Shown here piece after piece: positions 9,846-20,964 of a stretch of DNA of 64,000 nucleotides. Source of the DNA: Calditrichia bacterium. Its GTDB lineage: Bacteria; Calditrichota; Calditrichia; JAJRVZ01. The position numbers and the translations under genes are program-made. Positions within the stretch are counted from its first letter, which is position 1. Every line of letters begins with the position of its first letter. Below the pieces are notes generated by a model. It was not told the origin of the DNA. It searched no databases and saw nothing but the letters and a program-made list of their open reading frames with translations. The stretch covers positions 445,079 to 509,078 of the forward strand of contig CAVZSQ010000019.1 in assembly GCA_963777955.1 (NCBI GenBank). Reading direction: 5' to 3'.

Positions 9846-11102
9846 TTACTCTTTACCCTTTGTCCTCATGAATCTGATTATTTCTGCCATTTCTTTTATC
9901 TCTGCTAAATCTCTTACCATCTCGCTCCAGCCATACCACAGCGAGTAATCGGGATTGGCATGAAAAGCACCCTGGAACAGACGCATGCGGTGCTGCAAAT
10001 GCATTACAAACAAGCGCTGTTCAATGGGCGTGGCGGCATCATGAAAGGTTAACAGATCGGGAAAATCAAATTTATATGCCGCCGGCTTTTTTAAGATTCC
10101 TTCCTGATATAAACCTGCCACGATTTTAATTGCCTCAGCCAGCAGGCGGTCGCCATTTTCTATAGTTTTATCTGCTTTGTTTAATTCGGCTTTGGCAAAA
10201 TTTTCAGAATGGCATTGAGTGCAGGTCTGGATCATTTTCGTTCGTTCACGGTCGAAAGTTTCGGTACTCAAACGGGCCACATCGGCATTTCTGACCAGAT
10301 CCAGACGGCCGGTCGGATTCCCCTGTGGATCCAACACCCCCAGGGCCTGTAAAATCGTTACGCGGTCTTTCCACCATGATTCGCTCTCGCCCGGATAGGG
10401 AGCAAGTCCGTTAGTACGCACGGCTAAAAAACCCCAGGCGGTACGCACTTCATGATTCCCTTCCTGCATGTGACAGGTCTGGCAGGTCGGGGCAGCGGAA
10501 TTTTCGGGAATCCGGCCCGACACTTTCAAGGTGTGGCGCACTCCGTGTTTGGATGATGAATACATTTCCCATTGCGGATGATCGAAGCCCATATGGCAGG
10601 TCTGGCACGCCTCCGGCTGGCGGGCTTCATCGGCCGAAAACAGGTGCCGGGTGTGGCAGGCGTCGCAGGAAGCACGGCCGAAGCCGGCTCCTTCTTTATT
10701 CAATTCTTTTAAATCGGCTCCGGATTTGATACCGATTTTATGACAACCCCCGCAACCTTTGATCCCTTCGATCAGTTCCATAGGCTGCCAGTGAATGGTG
10801 GGCATGGCATACATGGCCGCCCAGGCCAGGGCATGCTTTCCTTTTTTAAATTGAGTCACCTGCTGCTCATGGCAATCGGCACAGGTTTCGGGTAGGGGGA
10901 TCATCACCTTGCTGACATCGGCAGCAGACATGTGCAGTTCACCATGACAGACGGAACAATCGACATTATTTTTGCTGTGCTTGCTCAACTGCCAGTCTGT
11001 GACGATGCCCGGTGTTTCGGTCTGGTGACAGGTAATACAATCAACCGCCTGTGCAATGGAAAAAGTTGCAGCAATCAAGAAAACAACAAATACTTGTTTC
11101 AT
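9846..11102 (-). CDS. Octaheme cytochrome c, hydroxylamine oxidoreductase (HAO) family
   Basis: Signal peptide; 8 CxxCH motifs (CITCH, CSVCH, CADCH, CGGCH, CDACH, CQTCH x2, CTQCH); CHTRHLFS, CHMGFDHPQWEMY, FHANPDY. Confidence 0.9.
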   Translation of the reverse strand: MKQVFVVFLIAATFSIAQAVDCITCHQTETPGIVTDWQLSKHSKNNVDCSVCHGELHMSAADVSKVMIPLPETCADCHEQQVTQFKKGKHALAWAAMYAMPTIHWQPMELIEGIKGCGGCHKIGIKSGADLKELNKEGAGFGRASCDACHTRHLFSADEARQPEACQTCHMGFDHPQWEMYSSSKHGVRHTLKVSGRIPENSAAPTCQTCHMQEGNHEVRTAWGFLAVRTNGLAPYPGESESWWKDRVTILQALGVLDPQGNPTGRLDLVRNADVARLSTETFDRERTKMIQTCTQCHSENFAKAELNKADKTIENGDRLLAEAIKIVAGLYQEGILKKPAAYKFDFPDLLTFHDAATPIEQRLFVMHLQHRMRLFQGAFHANPDYSLWYGWSEMVRDLAEIKEMAEIIRFMRTKGKE

Positions 11103-11299
11103 ATATACCCCTCTGCTGAATAATTACACTGGAAATCTTAGCCAAGATTGTAATTACCGGTATTTTTTCTGAGTCCGGTAGTAAAGTTATCATTGTAATA
11201 AATACCACGTTTAAATGAATTATAAATCATGAAGTGAATAATAAATATGCTGAATTTACAGTAAAAAAAGTTGATTATAAATATTTATAACAGGATAGA

Positions 11300-12028
11300 C
11301 TAATGCGATAAAACAACACAGATGTTTTCAGACAGGCAATGATTATATTCCGCCAAGGTTAAATTCCCGAACCAGCTGACTTTATTAAAACCATTGTCAG
11401 CAGCTAATTGGGATAGTTCAGCGGATTGTAACGGATATAATTCATTGGAGATCTTGCGTTTCCCCAGGGGTGTTTCAATGCTGATAGTGAACAGTATGGT
11501 AGATTTCAGATATTGATATGAGCGGGTATATTTGTGGTCACCATGCTCTTTGACCGAGAATGTCTGCGGTTTTTCTTTTAGTATTTTGTCGTAATTCATT
11601 AACTGCAGAAAGACATACCCGTCCGGTTCCAGAGCCCGCCTGAAATTCTGCAAGACATTACGGCGCTGAGCAGCAGTCAGCAGATGCGCAAAACTATTGC
11701 CCAAACAGAAAATTGCGTCAAATTTATTTTTGATCTGCCGGTTGAAATTTAAAAAATCAGCATTAATAAATTCCGGAGTAACCTGCCACTGCCGTGAATT
11801 TTCCCGTGCTTTTGCCAACATCGCTGCCGAGTTATCAATGGCAGTTACTTTTTTCCCGAGCAGGGATAATACAATACTGTGGAAACCCGTGCCACAACCG
11901 GCATCCAGTATATTTTTCGCCGGAAACCGTTTGAATATTTCACGGAAAATTTCAGTCTCTTTTTCCAGACGATCACTGAATCCGATCATCTGATCGTATG
12001 CGCCAGCCAGTTGAGTGTAAAAATCCAT
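11300..12028 (-). CDS. Class I SAM methyltransferase (glycine/sarcosine N-MTase-like fold)
   Basis: ILDAGCGTGFH; FDAIFCLGNSFAHL. Confidence 0.85.
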   Translation of the reverse strand: MDFYTQLAGAYDQMIGFSDRLEKETEIFREIFKRFPAKNILDAGCGTGFHSIVLSLLGKKVTAIDNSAAMLAKARENSRQWQVTPEFINADFLNFNRQIKNKFDAIFCLGNSFAHLLTAAQRRNVLQNFRRALEPDGYVFLQLMNYDKILKEKPQTFSVKEHGDHKYTRSYQYLKSTILFTISIETPLGKRKISNELYPLQSAELSQLAADNGFNKVSWFGNLTLAEYNHCLSENICVVLSH

Positions 12029-13135
12029 TTAATCCTCAGATGTATAGTCCGCCACTTCGCCGCGATTGTGTCCATAAACCGGTTTATCGATCTCCTGAAT
12101 CCTTTTGCGGTATTCGGCAGCACTTATGCTGTTTTGCCAGTGTCCGCTGAAGCGGGCGAGCAGGAAACCGGCAATAAAAATACCAAGTACCAGAAATCCA
12201 AACAGCCAGGAGGGGATATATGTTTTCGATTTTCTACTGAACTTAAATTGAAGTGTATCCGCCACCGGACAGGCATCGATGCATAGAGCACAGGCAGTAC
12301 ATTCATCCGAAATAATACGCAGTGGTTTATGAACCGTGATTAAATTAGGACAAACTCTGGTGCACCTGCGGCAATCCGTGCAGGTAACCGGATTGCGGGT
12401 GACTTTGACCGGACTGAACAGACTGAGAAATCCCAGCAGCGCTCCGTACGGACAGAGATAACGGCACCAGAAATTTTTAATAACTATTGAAAGCAGAATC
12501 AGCACGGCCAGAGTCCAGAAGGCAAATGAAGATAATTCGGTAAAAAACAGTAACATCTTAACATCGGCTACTTTATTGTAAGGACTGTAGATGAATTTCT
12601 GCACCCCTGCGGCATCCATCTGCCACAGGATAGCGTACAGGAAAAACAACAGTAATATATATTTCAGGGACCTTAAGGGAATATCGAGCCATCCGGGCAG
12701 GCGCATATTTTTGCTGAAAAACTTTTTCCCCACTTGCCACAGGCTTTCGGACAGCAAGCCGACCGGACAGATCCAACTGCAAAAACTTTTTTTCAAAAAG
12801 AAACCAAGCAACAGGATGATAATCAACAGCACCAGCCCGGCAGGATGAATGTCATTGAATACTCCGCTTAAAAGCCAGTGCTTCAGGCTGATCAATGAAC
12901 TGATCGGCAGGAATCCTTCTACCCCCGGCGGCCGGCCAAGATACAGACCCTGCTCCCCCTGCTGATAATAACGGACAAACAAGTAAAACTCAAACCCAAC
13001 CCATAATACTACCAGCAGGAATCCTATTTGTATGTATAGCCGTACTTTTTGACCATCATGCTTCAAACCGGTCCAGTACTCTTTAATTCTCTGTAAATAT
13101 TTCCTTGTAAAGATTTTTTTCATGTTCATTATCAA
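12029..13135 (-). CDS. Membrane polyferredoxin (NapH/MauN/YccM-like 4Fe-4S binding protein)
   Basis: VEGFLPI, FCSWICPVG, WCRYLCPYG, two CxxCxxCxxxCP motifs, multiple TM segments. Confidence 0.9.
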   Translation of the reverse strand: MIMNMKKIFTRKYLQRIKEYWTGLKHDGQKVRLYIQIGFLLVVLWVGFEFYLFVRYYQQGEQGLYLGRPPGVEGFLPISSLISLKHWLLSGVFNDIHPAGLVLLIIILLLGFFLKKSFCSWICPVGLLSESLWQVGKKFFSKNMRLPGWLDIPLRSLKYILLLFFLYAILWQMDAAGVQKFIYSPYNKVADVKMLLFFTELSSFAFWTLAVLILLSIVIKNFWCRYLCPYGALLGFLSLFSPVKVTRNPVTCTDCRRCTRVCPNLITVHKPLRIISDECTACALCIDACPVADTLQFKFSRKSKTYIPSWLFGFLVLGIFIAGFLLARFSGHWQNSISAAEYRKRIQEIDKPVYGHNRGEVADYTSED

Positions 13136-13156
13136 ATAAATCGTATCATATATTTA

Positions 13157-13180
13157 ATTTAAGACAATCTTGTCTTAAAT
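13157..13180. promoter_or_regulatory. Perfect palindromic operator candidate
   Basis: ATTTAAGACAA-TC-TTGTCTTAAAT between divergent polyferredoxin and glnA. Confidence 0.6.
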
Positions 13181-13300
13181 ATAGTCTGGTTCATTTTATG
13201 AGGCAAGAAAATTTTATTAATTGTTATCTTTTCTAGTACTAATAGTCTGCATTTTGTGTAAAATTAATGTTTTATGATGATACTTTTTGAAAGGAAAAAT

Positions 13301-14714
13301 ATGACTCCAAAAGCATTTTTTGAATTTGCCAAAAGGGCTAAAGCCGAAATGGTTGATCTGAAATTTACCGACCTGCTGGGTACCTGGCAGCATTGTACCT
13401 TTCCTGTCGAGACCTGGGATGAAAAAACATTTGTCGAAGGGGTTGGATTTGACGGTTCTTCCATCCGCGGCTGGCAGGGTATTCATATGTCCGATATGCT
13501 GGCGGTTCCGGATTCCAACAGCACTAAACTGGATCCGATTTTCCGGGAACCCACTGTCAGCGTCATCGCCAACATTGTCGATCCCATTACACACGAAGAC
13601 TATTCCCGCGACCCCCGTCACGTGGCCCGCAAGGGTGTGGAATATCTGCGACAGACCGGGATTGCCGATCTCTGTCAGATTGGTCCGGAACCGGAATTTT
13701 TTATTTTCGATGAAATTCGCTATGAACAAAATCAACACATGGGTTTATACCAGATCGACTCTGTCGAAGGCGCCTGGAATACCAACCGTATCGAAGAACC
13801 CAATCTCGGCTATAAACCGAGTTTTAAAGGGGGTTATTTTCCAGTCAGTCCTACTGACACTTATCAGGACCTGCGCGGCGATATGGTCAATACCCTGCGC
13901 AAGCTGGGTATTGTCTGCGAAGCGCATCATCATGAAGTAGGCACCGGGGGACAAAGCGAGATCGATATACGTTTCACCGACCTGTTGACCATGGCCGACC
14001 AGATGATGTGGTACAAATACATTATCAAGAATATTGCCCGCAATGCCGGTAAAACAGTTACCTTCATGCCCAAACCGATTTTTGGGGATAATGGCAGCGG
14101 CATGCACACCCATTTTTCATTGTGGAAAAAGAACAAACCTCTGTTTGCCGGAAATGATTATGCCGGTTTGAGCGAGATGGCCTTGCATGCCATCGGCGGA
14201 GTAATAAAACATGCAGCCGCCATATCTAGCTATCGCCGCGCCTACTACCAATTCCTACCGCCGCCTGGTACCCGGTTTCGAAGCCCCGGTAAACCTGGCT
14301 TATTCCCAGCGCAACCGCTCGGCCTCGGTCCGTATACCAATGTATTCCCAAAATCCCAGGGCCAAGCGCTTTGAATTTCGTTGCCCCGATCCAAGTTGTA
14401 ATGGTTATCTGACTTTTACTGCTATTCTCATGGCGGTACTGGACGGTATCCAGAACAAAATGCATCCGGGTGATCCGCTGGATCGCGATATTTACGAAAT
14501 GTCACCGGCAGAGTTGGCCCACGTGCCAAAAGTACCGGGGACACTGGGAGAATCTATGCAGGCGCTGCAGAATGATCATGAGTTTCTGACCAGAGGGGGA
14601 GTCTTTACGGATGACCTGATCGAAACCTGGATAGATTACAAACAGAAAAATGAACTGCATGAACTGTCCATGCGTCCCCATCCGTATGAATTTTTTCTTT
14701 ATTATGACAGTTAG
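13301..14714 (+). CDS. glnA: Type I glutamine synthetase (frameshift near 14225)
   Basis: [66 protein letters not shown]. Confidence 0.97.
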
Positions 14715-14736
14715 AGAGTAGCCTGAATTATTCGCT

Positions 14737-14777
14737 AGCCACCTTCGAGGTCTGGAGAATCTCGAAGGTGGTTTTTT
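14737..14777 (+). terminator. Hairpin plus U-tract after glnA
   Basis: AGCCACCTTCGAG...CTCGAAGGTGGTTTTTT. Confidence 0.7.
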
Positions 14778-14881
14778 GCCTCAGTGCCTTAGTGCCTCAG
14801 TACCTTTTTTTCCACATTTCATTTGTGTCTTCTCTCTGCAAAGTATAATTTAAACTTTAATCATTGCGATTTTAACTAAAA

Positions 14882-17800
14882 ATGCCTAATAAATCTTTTA
14901 CTCTTCTAGTTTGTATTTTCTTTATACTGCTGTCCGCTATGGTAATCGCCGAACAGCCTGCCGACAGTACGTTCTCGGTCATCTTCCGGCACCGGCAGTC
15001 ACGGGAATATGTACCTGATATAAGAGACGCTGCCGGGGTTGCCTTCAGGGATATCAATGATGATGAATTACCCGATCTCTACATAGTCTGTATCCGGGGA
15101 GATAATCATCTGCTGCTGAACAGCGGTGCTTATCGTCCCTTCAAAGATGCAACTGCACTGTCCGGCCTGGATGGCAATCCGCGTCCCAGGGGATTTTATA
15201 ATATGGAAACCGGGACCAATACTTACGATCAGAAATTCGGTACCAACATTTGCGATCTCGACAATGACGGGGATGGGGACATCCTGATTGCCGGTTGGGG
15301 TATTGCTACCGCCCTTTACCGGAATAACGGTAATCTGCAATTCAGAAATATAACCGATCAACTGGAATTATTTCCCCCCATCAATGCCAACCAGTTTTAT
15401 GCGGCTGATCTAGACAACGACGGTTTGCTGGATCTGTTACTGACCGATGAAAATCACGGCGTCAGGCTGTTACGCAATTTAGGCGATAACTTTTTCCAGG
15501 ATATTACTTCCGGCAGTGGATTGGATACGGTCAGCACGGCCCGTTCGGCAGCATTTTGTGATTTTGATAACGACGGAGACGCAGATCTGTATCTGACCCG
15601 CTACAATAAACCGGATCAAATGTACCGTAATTCAGGTGATGGCCGCTTTATACCCCTGCCGGCCTTCCTGGCCGTGCTGCGACAGAATCTACCCTCTACC
15701 GGAATTAAGCTGGGGAGATATCGATAACGATACTGATCTGGATTTCCTGGTTACAGCCTCTGATGGCCACAACCGGTTATATCTGAATCAGACTGCACCC
15801 GGCGATTCCAATTGGATTTTCAGCGAATTCAACCCGCTCAGTGACGGGAAGTACCTTTTCCCCTCCTACGGGAGTATAATGGCTGATTTTAATAACGATG
15901 GCCTGCTTGATATCTTTATTGCCAATAGAGGTCCGAATGAACTCCTGTGGCAGCGCTCTCCGCTTCTATTTGAGCAAAGTTTTGAATATTCCCCGGCTAT
16001 CGTTAGATCTGCGACTCCGGCCGGCAGCCGCAGTGCAGTGTGCGCTGATTTTGATCTGGACGGTGATCTGGATGTGTTTGTTACCAATCTGGATACTTTC
16101 TGCGTGCTTTATCAGAACATGACCAACACTTCATCTTTTATAAAATTCAAATTAACCGGTACCATTTCCAACCGCGATGCAGTGGGAGCCAGGATTGAAT
16201 TACACCCGCCGGCGAATGATAAAGAAATAATTGCCATCCGTGAGATCAATGGCGGCGAAGGGTATCTTTCCGCCAACGAACCGCTGGTACATTTTGGACT
16301 GGATACACTGACCCGGGTTGATGCGACCATTCGTTTTCCCGGAGGCCGGATTATCAAGGCACAGGGACTGGCCGCCGGTCAGGTCCACCAGATCTATGAG
16401 TACGCCCTGCTGGAGCGTTCCTTTATTCAATTTTACCAGCATTTGTTGAGCCTGATGCGTCAGACTGTTTTCTGGTATCAGGTCATTCTGGCCCTGTTAT
16501 TCTTTATGTTGATTTTTGTCTTTGTACGGCTGGGCTTGAAGCGCTACCGTTGGAGTCCCGGAGCAGCGAGTGGTTACCTGGTAGGATTTTTTATTTCAGC
16601 ACTGATTGCGATTACGGCCTTAAAGAAACTTGGCTTGTTGACCATCTATATCACCATCGATATACTGACGATCCTGTTTATTATTATTTCCATCATTAAC
16701 TCGGAGCGTCTGTACCGTCTGCGCAGCATCCGCGAAAGATATCGTTCGATTCTGATCGACCTGAGCAACCAGATTGTCAATATTCATGATAATGACGAGT
16801 TATTCCGAACCGTAATCGAAAACATTCTGCAGATAACCGAATTTGATACCATCGTTATATTGGCACTTGATCGCAGTGAAAAAAATGTGGAGAACGTATT
16901 ATCACGGGGAGTCGAGGTCGGACCTCAGGATCCCGGTGCGCAGCAATGCTGGCCGGAATTTCTCCCGGCCATGCGGATTCATAAACATATACAGAAGAAT
17001 TTTCACCGCAATTATATCCCTCTGTTCAGTTTACTCGGTGCGGAAGTCATCTTAAGTATTGAAAGAGGCACCAGGATATACGGTTTACTATCTCTAGGCG
17101 CCCGGCACCCGATCAGTCCGCTTAAACGGGAAGATCTCGAATTATTCAAATCCTTGTGCAATCAGATGGCCGTGGCCCTGGAAAATAATGAATACATTCA
17201 CCGTTCCACCGAAATGATCAAGCGCTTAACTGCCGCTGAAGTACAGGAAAAATACCTGAAGGAACTGGAAGCAGCCTATACAGTTCTGGATTCAAAAAAC
17301 CGCGACCTGCAGCAGCTGTACGATGAGTTGAAGAATACCCAGGCACAGTTGATTCAGGCTGAAAAAATGGCTTCCCTTGGTCAACTGGTAGCCGGCATAT
17401 CGCATGAAATAAACAATCCGGTCGGATTTATTTATTCCAACGTCAAGCAACTGCAACAGTATACCCAGAGGATTGAAAACTTTATTGCCCGGCAATCCGA
17501 GGCCGATCAAATCAAACAGATCCTGCCCGATATAAAGAACCTGATCGAAGATACGATCACCGGCAGTAAAATGATCAAAGAACTGGTCAGCGATCTGCGT
17601 AGTTTTTCACACCTCGATCAGGCCAAGTGGCAAATGTTTAATATACATGATGGTCTGGAGAACAGCATTAAGATCATGCTGACCCAGTTCAAGCATCACC
17701 TCACCATCCAGCGCAGTTTCCACGCCGCAGGTGCACTGGAATGCAATCCCGGTCAACTTAATCAGGTTTTTCTGAATCTATTGACTAATGCGGCACAGGC

Positions 17801-18083
17801 TATTAAGGAAGAAGGTACCATTTGGATAGAAACTGAGGACCTGCGGCGGCAGAACTCCCTGGTTATCCGGATCAGGGATAATGGCATCGGTATGCCTGCT
17901 GAAACGGTCAATAAAATATTTGATCCATTCTTTACTACCAAGGACGTTGGTGAAGGAACCGGCTTGGGTTTGAGTATCAGTTATTCGATCATTAAAAATC
18001 ACGGCGGCAGCATCGAAGTGACCAGCACTCCCGGCAAGGGCAGCACGTTTACGATCACCCTGCCGTATAAAAAAACTTCGTAG
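14882..18083 (+). CDS. Sensor histidine kinase with N-terminal FG-GAP/ASPIC-UnbV (CRTAC1-like) domain, 3 TM, GAF-like, HisKA, HATPase (frameshift near 15700)
   Basis: Signal peptide; 7 DxDNDGxxD-type repeats; SNRDAVGARI...GEGYLSANEPLVHFGL..IRFPGG (ASPIC/UnbV); EKMASLGQLVAGISHEINNP; NQVFLNLLTNA; DNGIGM; FFTTK..GEGTGLGL. Confidence 0.88.
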
Positions 18084-18192
18084 GCACGATAAATGCGCCC
18101 CCGCGAACACAATAATAAATCATGTTTCGTATTTAAACTTTACCCACATTCCTACGTACTATCTTTTATAGAACGGGAGGGATTATCGGATC

Positions 18193-19282
18193 ATGACCAA
18201 TTCGAAAAGCAGAGACGCCGAGCCGAAATTATTCAAAACATTTTTTGATGATATAAACCGGGTAAATATCCGGCGTTCTTTTAAAACCGACTGGAATGAG
18301 TTAAAGGAATTTTTTATAACCGAGCAGCGCAAAAAAAAATTACTGCACATGTCCCGGTTCCGCCGCTGGTTGTATACCGTCGGCTGGATGTTAAAGGGCC
18401 TTTTTCTGCGTCTGACCCCTTTTCGCCGACTGACTGCTGGTAATTGCCACTTTTTGCTTACTGATCTCCCAGAACACACAAAATAATCAGAATAGCCTGA
18501 TATTTATAGGGCTGCTGATATTACTCTTTATCTTAATGCTGGAACTCAAAGACAAGTTACTGGCTCATGAAGAATTAGAGGCCGGCCGGGCGGTGCAACA
18601 GGCTTTATTACCGGAATCGAAACCTGCCATTCCGGGCTGGCAAATCTGGCTATCCACCTCACCGGCTTACGAAATTGGCGGAGATCTGGTGGATTATATT
18701 CCTTTTAATCGGCATCATGCCCTGGTGCTGGCGGATGTATCGGGTAAAGGACTGGCCGCAGCCCTGTTCATGGCCAAACTGCAGGCTACCATCCGCGCCC
18801 TGGTTGCCGATGTTTCCGATCTGACCACGCTGGGAAGAAAAATCAATTCCATTTTTTATCGTGATACCCGCCGTCAGAGTTTTGCTTCCCTGCTGCTGAT
18901 CGGTCTTGGATCGATCCCGGGAAAAATAAATTTGCTGAATGCCGGACATCTGCCGCCGCTGCTGATTCAAAACGATAAGATTGTAGAACTACCTAAAGGT
19001 TCAACAGCAATTGGACTGGCTGCCGGAACAGTTTTTGCCGAACAGGAGATTACACTCCAGCCCAACGATATTTTCCTTGGCTATACCGATGGACTGGTCG
19101 AATCCCGGAATTCCGCAGGAGAATTTTTCGGAGAGGAACGATTAAGAAATTTACTGTACGATTTTGCCCATCTTTCGCCGGAATTGCTGGCCCAGCGAAT
19201 ATTCGATACAATCCATGACTTCGTCAATGAAACAGCCAAGCATGACGATCTTTCCCTGGTTATAATTAAACGTATCGCTTGA
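18193..19282 (+). CDS. PP2C/SpoIIE (RsbU-like) Ser/Thr phosphatase with N-terminal membrane anchor (frameshift near 18430)
   Basis: AVQQALLP, IGGDLVD, LADVSGKG, NAGHLPP, YTDGLVE, HDDLS. Confidence 0.9.
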
Positions 19283-19347
19283 TTATTATTCCTGCCCTGA
19301 TTAGGTTTAAACAGACTATTGGCACTTAATCATTCTAATAATCGGCT

Positions 19348-20781
19348 ATGAATAAAGATACTATTCTTATAGTTGATGATCAGCCGGAAATCCTGAATGC
19401 CCTGGAACGTCTGTTAAAAGAAGAATATCAGATACTGACGGCAGCCAGTGGTTCAGCTGCCCTGGAAATCCTGGCTAAACAACAGGTAACCGTCATTCTG
19501 GCCGATCAGCGCATGCCCGGGATGACCGGCGTCGAATTTTTTTCCCGGGCTCTTGAACAGCAGCCGGATACCATAAGAATCCTGATCACGGCTTATGCCG
19601 ACATCACCGCTTCCATTGATGCTGTCAACCGCGGACAGATATTTTATTATATTTCCAAGCCATGGGAACCGGAAGAGTTGTTACTGATTGTACGCCGGGC
19701 CGTGGAAAAATTCCGCTTGCTGCGCGAGAATAAAGAACTGAATCAAAAATTACATGAAGCAAATGTACAACTGCAGCAGGAAAATGTTTTGCTCAAACAG
19801 AGTATCACCCGGGAATATGATTTCAGCAGCATTATCGGTCACGCTCCGCGGATGCTGCAGGTGTTCAAACTGGTTTCCCGGATTATCGATACTTCCACCA
19901 CCGTATTATTGCTCGGTGAAACCGGAACCGGCAAGGAGTTGATCGCCCGGGCCATACACTTTAATGGCCCCCGTAAGGGTGAACTGTTTGTGGCCCAGAA
20001 TTGCGGTGCCCTGCCGGATACTTTGCTGGAGAGTGAACTTTTCGGTCATACCCGCGGATCCTTTACCGGGGCAGTTGCCGATCGTAAAGGTATTTTCGAA
20101 CTGGCCGACGGCGGAACTGTTTTTCTGGATGAGATCGCCGATACTTCCCCGGCACTGCAGGTACGCCTGCTCAGAGTACTTCAGGAAGGGGAAATCAAAC
20201 CGGTTGGCGGTACCAAAACGAATAAAGTGGACGTACGGGTAATCGCGGCGACTAACAAAAATCTGGAACAAATGGTCAGTGAACACAATTTCCGTGAGGA
20301 TCTTTATTACCGCCTGAATGTATTTCCGATCATTCTACCGCCTCTGCGCGAACGCCGTGATGATATCAGCGACCTGGTAAATCATTTTGTTATTAAATAT
20401 GCCCAAAAGATCAATAAGAACATAACTGCCATAACCCCGGAAGCTATGCAATTGCTGATACAGGCTAATTTCCCCGGCAATATCCGTGAACTGGAAAACG
20501 AAATTGAACGGGCTGTCACCTTAACCGACGATAACTCTGCCATAACACCCGAAGTTCTGTCAACCCGCTTCCACCAGTCGCAAATATTTTCGCTACCCGA
20601 GAAAGACATTTTACAGCGCCCCATGAAAGATCAGGTGGAAGAACTGGAAAAACACATGATTCTGCATGCCCTGCGGGAAACACATGGCAACATACTGCAT
20701 GCGGCTGAAAAACTTCATCTTAGCCGCGCCGGCCTGCATAAAAAAATTAACCGTTATAAACTCCCCGTCAAAGTAAAGTAA
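19348..20781 (+). CDS. Sigma54-dependent response regulator (NtrC family)
   Basis: REC domain (DD, DQRMP, KPW); GETGTGKE; ESELFGH..GSFTGA; FREDLYYRL; PGNIRELEN; Fis HTH. Confidence 0.95.
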   Translation: MNKDTILIVDDQPEILNALERLLKEEYQILTAASGSAALEILAKQQVTVILADQRMPGMTGVEFFSRALEQQPDTIRILITAYADITASIDAVNRGQIFYYISKPWEPEELLLIVRRAVEKFRLLRENKELNQKLHEANVQLQQENVLLKQSITREYDFSSIIGHAPRMLQVFKLVSRIIDTSTTVLLLGETGTGKELIARAIHFNGPRKGELFVAQNCGALPDTLLESELFGHTRGSFTGAVADRKGIFELADGGTVFLDEIADTSPALQVRLLRVLQEGEIKPVGGTKTNKVDVRVIAATNKNLEQMVSEHNFREDLYYRLNVFPIILPPLRERRDDISDLVNHFVIKYAQKINKNITAITPEAMQLLIQANFPGNIRELENEIERAVTLTDDNSAITPEVLSTRFHQSQIFSLPEKDILQRPMKDQVEELEKHMILHALRETHGNILHAAEKLHLSRAGLHKKINRYKLPVKVK

Positions 20782-20816
20782 ACATAGTTTACACACAACT
20801 GTAAACAGTGTTTACA
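20778..20816. promoter_or_regulatory. Tandem palindromic enhancer (UAS) sites
   Basis: GTAAACATAGTTTAC (20778-20792) and TGTAAACAGTGTTTACA (20800-20816), about 100 bp upstream of the sigma54 site. Confidence 0.7.
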
Positions 20817-20900
20817 TATTTCTATTCAGAATAGATTTATTGTTGTATATTTTTATATGTAACTTCAATAAAAACAATACACATACATATTTTAATTATC

Positions 20901-20916
20901 TGGCACGCTAATTGTA
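20901..20916 (+). promoter_or_regulatory. Sigma54 -24/-12 promoter
   Basis: TGGCACGCTAATTGTA versus consensus TGGCACG-N4-TTGCW (one mismatch, correct spacing). Confidence 0.8.
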
Positions 20917-20964
20917 TATTTATTTTCCAGTAGTTATAATAAAGGAAGTAAAGGAGTAAATAAA

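Noticed and set aside
9497..9908. Short + strand ORFs at 9497-9706 and 9714-9908
   Set aside because: They are translations of REP and tandem-repeat DNA with no recognisable protein features
19320..19336. TGGCAC upstream of the sigma54 regulator as a -24/-12 promoter
   Set aside because: No TTGC/T at the required spacing, and it is very close to the start codon
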